Made by a program: the position numbers and the translations under genes. Under the pieces are notes generated by a model. It did no database searches. It was not told where the DNA came from and was given only the letters and a program-made list of their open reading frames with translations. From positions 1 to 50,526 of IMG/VR virus record IMGVR_UViG_3300032290_001492: a stretch of 50,526 bases of DNA. One strand, given 5' to 3'. Source of the stretch: a virus. Taxonomy: Duplodnaviria > Caudoviricetes. Below are positions 1-7,900 of this stretch, piece by piece; the stretch's first letter is position 1, and each line of letters begins with the position of its first letter.

Positions 1-1511
1 ACGTCGCCCGCCCCTGCAGCAGACCCGCGACCCAACAACTTGGACGCCGCCGAGACGTTCTGGATCTTGGCGTACGTCACCGCATCATTGGCGATGGTCG
101 CGGCGAACGAACCCGTGCCGGATCCAGTTACGTCTCCTGTTAGCGAAATAGTCTGGTCGCCCGTGTTGGTGCCGGAGCTGGTGCCAGAGAACGTACCGCT
201 TTGCGTGGCCAGGGTGCCGAGGCCCAGGGTCGTCCGTTGCGCCGCGGCATCCGCGTCGTCGAGCAACGCCTTGCCGGCGGCGGTGACGTCGCCGCCCATC
301 TTCGCCGTCGTGACGGCGCCGGCCGCGATTGTCGCGGCGAAGGACCCAGTGCCAGTCCCGGTGACGTCCCCGGAGAGCGAGATGGTCTGATCGCCGGTGT
401 TGGTCCCGCTCGAGGTTCCCGAGAACGTGCCGCTCTGCGTCGCCAGGGTGCCGAGGCCGAGCGTGGTCCGCTGCGCCGCGGCGTCGGCGTCGTCCAGGAG
501 GGCCTTGCCGGCTGTCGTGATGTCCTGGCCAAGCTTGGCCGTGCCGACGACGCCGTTCGCGATGGTGGTCGCGTTTGAGTTCGCGGCCGCCGTGACGTCG
601 CCGGTGAGCGCGGACCGGGTGAACGTCACCTGGCCGGCCGTGGTCCAGTTGGCCGCGACGCTGGTGCTGTCGCCGACCACCCGCTCCGCGGTCAGGGTGC
701 CGTCCGCCGTCTTGACCAGGTACTCGGCGCTGACCGGCGCTCCGCCACCACCTGCGCCGCCGAGGGCGGTGATCGCCTGTTTGATGCGGAGCGGAGAGAA
801 GGACCGGATGCCCGCCTCGGTGCCGGCCTCGGCCTCGGCTTGGCTGGCAGCCGCCTGGACCGCCTCGTACACTCCTGTGTGGAGGTGGTTGCCGGTGGCC
901 ACCTCGCCCGCGCCCGTGCCGGTGTTCTTGAGTGCCGCGTCGCCCAGGCTGGGGCGGCCGGAGAGGTCGGAGTAGGCGCCGCTGAAGCTCGAGGTGCCTG
1001 CGCCGATTACGGTGCGGGCCGCCGCGGCGTCCGCGGCGGTCAGGACCGAGCGGCCCGTGGCGGTGGAGTCAGAGATCTGGGTCGCCGGGTGCGTGTGGCT
1101 GGTGGGCGCCTTGGTGGCCAGGGCTGCAGCGATCGACGTGCCGCCCGGGTTCACGTCGGCCGAGGTGCCGTTCGTCGCCAGCTTGCCGTCCAGGGCATCC
1201 TGGAGGCCCGATACCGCGGAGATCGCGTGGGTGTGGCTAGTGGGCGCCTTGGTGGCCAGGGCGGCCGCAATCGCGGTTCCTGCGGGGTTCACGTCGGCCG
1301 CCTGGGCGGACGTCGCCAGCTTGCCGTCCAGGGCCGTCTGGAGGCCAGGGACATCGCCGAAGACGTGCGTGTGCGCGGAGACCGGGAGGTTGGCGACGGG
1401 GACGAACTTCGAGCCGTCCGTACCGAGGCTCGGCCGGACGATGTACATCAGGTCCGTCGTGAGGACTGGGGTCGAGACCTCGACCAGCTCGGTTAATTTT
1501 TTGTCGGCCAT
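1..1511 (-). CDS. Tail fibre protein, N-terminal part (runs off window start; absent from ORF track)
   Basis: ATG at 1511, 1 nt after the upstream stop; reads MADKKLTELVEVSTP...; HTH-containing repeats (SHTH..GLQxALDGK), AAAQRTTLGLG and GDVTG repeats typical of fibres; open to position 1. Confidence 0.85.
   Translation of the reverse strand, partial: MADKKLTELVEVSTPVLTTDLMYIVRPSLGTDGSKFVPVANLPVSAHTHVFGDVPGLQTALDGKLATSAQAADVNPAGTAIAAALATKAPTSHTHAISAVSGLQDALDGKLATNGTSADVNPGGTSIAAALATKAPTSHTHPATQISDSTATGRSVLTAADAAAARTVIGAGTSSFSGAYSDLSGRPSLGDAALKNTGTGAGEVATGNHLHTGVYEAVQAAASQAEAEAGTEAGIRSFSPLRIKQAITALGGAGGGGAPVSAEYLVKTADGTLTAERVVGDSTSVAANWTTAGQVTFTRSALTGDVTAAANSNATTIANGVVGTAKLGQDITTAGKALLDDADAAAQRTTLGLGTLATQSGTFSGTSSGTNTGDQTISLSGDVTGTGTGSFAATIAAGAVTTAKMGGDVTAAGKALLDDADAAAQRTTLGLGTLATQSGTFSGTSSGTNTGDQTISLTGDVTGSGTGSFAATIANDAVTYAKIQNVSAASKLLGRGSAAGAGD
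90..557. repeat. Two tandem ~234-bp (78-aa) fibre repeats
   Basis: AGKALLDDADAAAQRTTLGLGTLATQSGTFSGTSSGTNTGDQTISLxGDVT occurs twice; matching DNA at 217 and 451. Confidence 0.85.
1090..1370. repeat. Two tandem ~138-bp (46-aa) fibre repeats
   Basis: GLQxALDGKLAT...ADVNPxGTxIAAALATKAPTSHTH twice; matching DNA at 1095 and 1233. Confidence 0.85.
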
Positions 1512-1512
1512 G

Positions 1513-1917
1513 TCAGGAGATGGAGATGAAGCCCGGGTCGGTGAACTCGACCCGGAATGGGCCGTTCACCGACTGACGGTCGACACCCAGGTCGGCCACG
1601 CCCAGGACCCGGCCGCCCTTGCTCGCGTTGTAGATGATCACGCCGCGGGCGGCGATGTCGGCGTTGGTCCAGACGACCGCGTCGAAATTGATGACGGCCG
1701 AACCGCCGACCTTGTTGATCCGTCGACCAGTCAGCCGGCGACCGCCCCGCAGGTAGCCCTGGCCCACGACCTCGCCGGCGATCGGGTAACGCTCGGTCGT
1801 CGGGCCCGCGTCGGCGGCGGACGTCAGCAGCGCCAGGTAGTAGTCGTCGTCAGCCGCGTGGATCCCGTCGAGGAACTCGACCTTCGCCGACACGGGGATC
1901 GCCGTTTCGATGGGCAT
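1513..1917 (-). CDS. Fibre-associated structural protein (distant Gp80-like)
   Basis: 134 aa; YLALLTS...EVVGQGYLRGG...WTNADIAARGVIIYN pattern parallels 31709-32104; directly upstream of the fibre gene. Confidence 0.7.
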   Translation of the reverse strand: MPIETAIPVSAKVEFLDGIHAADDDYYLALLTSAADAGPTTERYPIAGEVVGQGYLRGGRRLTGRRINKVGGSAVINFDAVVWTNADIAARGVIIYNASKGGRVLGVADLGVDRQSVNGPFRVEFTDPGFISIS

Positions 1918-1922
1918 CCCGC

Positions 1923-1964
1923 AGGATAACCCACGCCCGCTAGGGGCGACAAGGGGGTAGCGGG
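1923..1964 (-). promoter_or_regulatory. Late promoter (box CCCGCTACCCCC, TTGTCG-N18-TATCCT), probably leaderless
   Basis: Shares box with four other late-gene upstream regions; ATG 5 nt after the -10. Confidence 0.6.
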
Positions 1965-4900
1965 TCAGTCTTGCCGCTCGTACCCGATGACGGCGCCGTT
2001 CTCGTCGCGCAGCAGCATGACCCGGCGCTTGGAGGTGCTCTTAGTCGGGCTTAGGACTTCGCGCAGCCGTCTGATCTGCTCGATGTCGAGCCCACGCGTC
2101 GTGGCGTCCTGGTCGCTCAATTCGCCGAGCTCACGGACGATGGCCCGGTAGCTGTCGATGCTTCGCTGAATGGAATCAGATACCCCTCGGCGATTTCCCG
2201 CCACCCCTCGATTCGCTCCGGCGTTATTGCCTCCAGCCCCTCCCGCTCCAGCACCCGTTCGATTTGGTTGAGCGTCAGGACTCTCACCCCCTCGGGTAAT
2301 TCGCTCACGGTCGGCCATGCGGCCCGGATTCTGCTCAAGCAGGCGTCGATTGTATTGTCGTCGAGAGTCATCGTCGGTGAATTCTTGGCGCAGGCGCATG
2401 AACGTCACCTGCGGTTCGGGAGTTGATGGATTCCAGCCCTCAGACTGCCAGAGGCGTAGGAGGTCTGCAAACTTAATGTCGGGGTTCTGACCAACCGCCT
2501 TCCAGTCGGCGTCAAAGTACTTCCGGTCGAAATTGACCCGGGCGCCGATCGGGCTGTCCACGTCATCCTCAAAGCCGAAGAAGTTGTACAGCTCGGGCAG
2601 GAACCCGGTCGGGTGCTTCGCGGAGAGGACCGCGAAGCAGTCGAGGTGCGTGGCCCCCTGCTCAATCGCCTTGGAGAGCACCGCGGGCGCCGCGACGCCT
2701 CGCGCGCCTGGCTCATTGTTGACGACCGAGGAGATGACCTTCTTGTCGCCGTCGTTTACGAGCGCGAAGTAGATGTCGGCGTTCTGCAGCTTGTAGACGG
2801 TCATATCGCCCGACTTCACCTTGGCCTTGACCATTTCCTCGGTGTACGGGGTTAGCGACGGCGCCGACTTGTTTTCGGCAAGGGCCCGAACAAACGCAGC
2901 GACGCCTACGCCACCTTCATTGACCGGGAGGTTGGTACTTGCCCAGGATCCGGTGGCTGCGGAAAGCGCCGCCCGCATCTGTTGCGCGTTCGTCGCAGTC
3001 ATGCTTTCAAGACGCGAAGCCGCCGCCGCCTTATCTCCGGTGATCTCTGCAACCGGCATCGACAGTGAGAACGACCGAGGGTCGGAAGACTCCGGCGAGT
3101 TTTGGGCCCGGCGGTTTTGAAAGAATTCCGAGAAGAGGATCTTGGAGGGGATGGGACGCTTGAACTTGCCCACGATCTGGCCTCGCACGCCGTAAGTATA
3201 GTCCGGGTGCTGCGGCGTGCCCTGCTCGCCAAGTTTCACCAGAGTGTTCTCGGGGTCGAGCTTGAGCACTAACAGTGCGTCGCCGTAGTCAACCCCGTGG
3301 AACTCGGGGTCCCGGACGGCGTCCAGAACCCGCTTGGACGGAGGGAATCCGTACTCCTCAAACTCAGCGCGTTCAAGCTGCCCCACAACAGCCTTGCGTG
3401 CGTCGAAGCTTAGTTCGCGAACCGCTACATTAAATGCCGGATCCGAAACCGAAGGCAGCTCAACTCCAAGATCCTTGATGGCGCGGTCTGCTTTCTTGAT
3501 TCCCTTCTGTGAGACCCGACCATCCTTGATGTATGCTTCAAGGGTGTTGATGAACGCCCGGACCGTCGAGCTGTTGCTCGCGTGGGTGTTCTGCGTCATC
3601 GCGACCACGACGGCGTAACCGTCGGTCTGCCGCATAAGATTCAGTTTCCGCGTGCCAATCCCCTTGCCTTCGTTCGCCCACACGACCCCAGCCTCTTTGT
3701 TGGGTGACATCAGTGGGAAGTTGGGCCCTCCGTACAGGTCAACAGGGACCACAGTCGCAGAGTCGATGCCCTGGTAGCGACCAACCGCAGTCAGGTCGGC
3801 TAGGATCGGGAATACCTTCTTCCCCTCGAGGTCTGACAGCGTCAACTGCGCGACACCCTGTACGTCCTTTGTGGGTGTGTAACCCTCGACCTCCGACTTT
3901 GGCTGCGTGGGGTCCGGACGGAACTGCAGCATCGCTTCCTTGATGTCGGCGTGAGACGTGTCGGTGCCCTCGAGACGGTCCCACACCGCGTGGTGGACGA
4001 TCGTCTGGTAGAACGGCTTGAGGTCCTCGGTCAGGAAGACTCCAAGGTTCGCCAGGCGGTCCCGGACCTCGAGCAGTATCTGTTTGTCGACGTTGAATTT
4101 CTGGTCGCCGTAATGGAGCTTGCGCTGACGGACGTCCACGGTCGGCAGGTCCCCGCGGCCCAGCATGCCAGACATGAATCCGACCTTCCCGAATGAGATG
4201 CCCTTGAAATTCTCACGGACAAATTCGGCGTATTCCTCAGTGGGCATGTTCTCGACGGCGTCGACGATGGCCTCTCCGACCTTCGACAGGTTCTCCGCCG
4301 CATTCCGCATGTATTCACGCTGGGTGTTGTAGAGCCCGAACGGCTTGAACTTCTCCAACATCGTGTTGGCGGCCGCTTCGTCGAACTCACCGCGCTCGGC
4401 CGCGTCCAGGAACGCTTGGCCTTCCTGGGTGCCCAGCAGTTTGGCAAAGGCATCCTCGGGGCGCAGCTTGTCCTCGTCGTGGGCGAGGTCCGACCAGCCG
4501 CCGCGGACCTTCTCGGTGGATAGTGCGCCCCGGTTGATGCTCGACGTGGTGATCAGGTAAGCCTTCACCACGTCCCGCGGGGTGATGCCCTTCGCACCCA
4601 TCTGCTGCATGAAGTAGCCGAACTTCTTGGCCCCATCGCCGACCTTTTCGAGCCCGAGTTGCTGGGCGACCTCGTCGATGTCCTTGGCCTCGGGCCGGTA
4701 GTTGAAGTCCGGGTTCTGCGGGTCGAACGTACCGACGTTGTCGGTGGCCGACTTGATCTGCGTGGGGTCGAAAGCGACGTAGAACGTCTGCGGCTCCGGA
4801 GTGATGGCGGCGTCGGCTGTGTGGTTCTTGATCACGATGCCGTCGAACCCAAGCTCTTTCATCTTGTCGACGAACTTGCGGTTTGTCTCGGGCGTACCTT

Positions 4901-7900
4901 GGTTTGTTTTGACCCCAGTAATGGATTCGTAGTCCCGGATGAGCTGCTCGAATCCCTTGTTACCCTCGTACACCGCCGGCTCCTGGATTGAGAGGTAGAC
5001 CTCGAGAAGTGGTCCGATGGTCTTGTTTCCCTGACTGTCGAACCCGCCGCGGAAGCTGTTGGCGTAGGATGGGTCTTCCGAGAACCACGACCCAATGCCG
5101 CCCCACTTCGAGTATTTAGCCTTCGATGGGTCGAAGACGGTGAACTCGGTCGGCGCCCCGTGGAAGACCCCCTTGGGCAGACCGTATCCGTCCACCACCT
5201 GAGATTTGCGAAAATAACGCTTGAACTCCGGAGTCTCGAGCTGCTCCGGCCGGTACATGTAGTCGGCCCGGTCTCCGTAGACCGGCTCCTTGACGAACAC
5301 GGTGTTGCCGATGCTCACGGCCTGCTTGCCGCCGACCACCGGCTCGTCGGTCCGCTTGTCGTAGAAGTACGAGTGGTCCAACGGGTCGAAGCCTACCGCC
5401 GTCCACTCGTTGATGTCTTTCGGAATTTCCCGGTCCGGGTTGAAGTTGCCCTCGACGGTCGCGATCGGGAACTTGTTCGACTCTCCCCGGCGGATTCGCT
5501 TCGCGCCGGCCTCGTTGGCCATGAACGTCGGGTTGTCGACGCTCACGATGTTGTCGTACCCGACGATCTTGCCGACCGTGTTGCCCTTAGCCTTCTGGTG
5601 GACCGCGACGACGTAGTTGCCCGTGCGTTGGAACGCGGGGATGTCGATACGCAGGCCAACCTCGGTCCCCGGTTCGAGCTGTCGAGCGGCACCGTACTTG
5701 GGCTTTTTCTCGGATGATAGGGCCTCCCTGGCGTCCTCGTCACTCGGAGGCACCGCGAACTCGACATTGGACCCGATGTCGCGGGAGACCTTGGGCGGTT
5801 CGGGCGACAGGTCCTTCACAAAAATCTCGCCCTTCGAGCCGTCTCGCATCTCGACGTAGGCGCGCTGCAGACCCTCGTTCTTACCCTTCGCGACGGTCAG
5901 AAGGTCGGAGATAAACTTAACCGGGGTGCCGCTCGGCGTGTACAGCACGTCGCCCGGGGAATAGTCGGTCCTCGGCGTGTTGCGGATGCGTTCCCGGATC
6001 TTCGATGCCATGTCGGCGCCGAAGCCCTCGAGCTGGCTGTTCTCCTCGGGCCGCAGGTTCTCGGAGACCCGGCCGTAGTCGGCCCGGAACGCCGAGCCCA
6101 AAATCTTCATCTGGTTGATCCGGTCGAGCCGGCGGGACTGGACGACGCCGAGCTTGCGGCCCTGGGCCTCGCTCATCCCCTGCAGCACCGGGTTGCGCTC
6201 ACGCTGCACTTGGGTGAGCTGACCGAACAGCGCATTGAGCGCGTCTCGCTTTTCTAGGCCGATGCCGTCGGCGCCCTCGCGCCCGGACACCGTGTTGTCG
6301 ATGTACCGGAGCAGGTCCGCCCGGGCGGCCCGCACGTCCCCGGCCCAAGGATTGAGCTGCCCCTTGCGGGCAAAGAACTCAAGGTTCCGCATCACCTTCT
6401 CCTGGCTGATCGTGTTGACTAGGATGCCGCCCGTGCGCGAGATCAGGATGCTGATCGGGGTCTCGACCCGGTTGGTCACCGCCCGCTGCTTGTACAGCCG
6501 GCTGCCGCGGGTCATCCCAGGCTGATAAACGAAGTGAGCCTCCGCCCCAGGCTTGTTCTTCAGCGTGTCGGTGATCATCGCCAGCATCTCAAGCTGGCGG
6601 GGGTTGTACTTGTTCTTGGCCTGGAGCGTCTCGAGGACGTCGGCCGGGATGTACTTGCCCGTGTAGATGGTCCGACCGTCCTTGGTCAGCGTTGCCCGTA
6701 CGCGGCCTGGCGAGATGTCCGGAGACGCATCCAGCGCCGTCAGCAAATCGTCGATGAACTCCTGCTCGCGGCGCTTGGCTTCCCGGGCGGTCAGGAACTT
6801 CCGCTTCCCGGTCTCCGGATCGATGTCCACGTCGAAGCCGGACGAGACCAGGTCCATCAGCTCCGGGTTGGACGCCAGCTCCTGCTCCGAGTAGATGGTC
6901 TCGATCTCCGAGAACGACTGCACCTGTCCGGCCCGCTCCGACAGGTTCATCAGGTCGTACTGCTTGACGACGTCGCGGACCGCCTTCCGCATCTCCGGAC
7001 TCATCTCCGTCTCGAACAGCCCGGTGCCCGAGGCGAATTGGCCGTCCTCACGGAACACGGCGCCGGTCGCCATAAGCATGCGCTGAAGGACGCCCGAATC
7101 CATGACCATCGGGGACCTGGCGAACTGTTCGATGATCGGGACTAGCGGGCGGGCGTTGCGGCGGAGGGCGCCGATGCCGGCGAACTCACCCGACACGTTT
7201 TGCGCCAGGAGCGAGGAGACGCCAGCCTCGGCGATGACCTCGTGCAGGATCAGCTCGGGGTTAGCCTCGTACCGGGTGGTGTCCTTGCCCGCAGCCCGGA
7301 GGGCCTGCAGGTACTCATCGCGGAACTTGGCAAAGTCGGCCTTGAACTGGACCGAGCCGTCCTTGATCTCGGTGAAGATGCCGGCGGAGTTGGTCGCCGC
7401 GTCGCCAAAGAACCGGCGGCGGATGTCTGCGGCGATGTCGGGGTTCCGGGCGATGTGGTGCGTGACCTCATGGCTCATTAGCGGCACCAGGGGGATCTTG
7501 GAGTCCAGGTCGATCGTCGCGACTCCGGTGCCGTCGGGGTTGACCACGTAGCTGCCGCCAGACCCCTTTTGCCGGACGAAGTCGATCACCAGGTTGGGGT
7601 TGGTCGCCTCGAACGTGGCAGCGGCGAGCTGCACGCCGGCCGGAGCCTCGTCGAACATGCGTTGCTGCATCCCGGTGCGACGGGAGCGGGCCTCGGCGAT
7701 GTCGCCGATCTGGCGGGCGCGAACCGCGGACGCGGACCGCTCGAGCTGGATCGTACGCAGGCCACCACCGAAGAAACCGCCGATAAAGCCCTCACCGGCG
7801 CCCTCCGCCGCGTCGCCCTGGAGCGTCCCGAACACGGCGCCGACCGCAGCGCCCTTGAACGCGCCATCGGTGGCCTCGGCTACTCCGCGGCCGATGCGGG

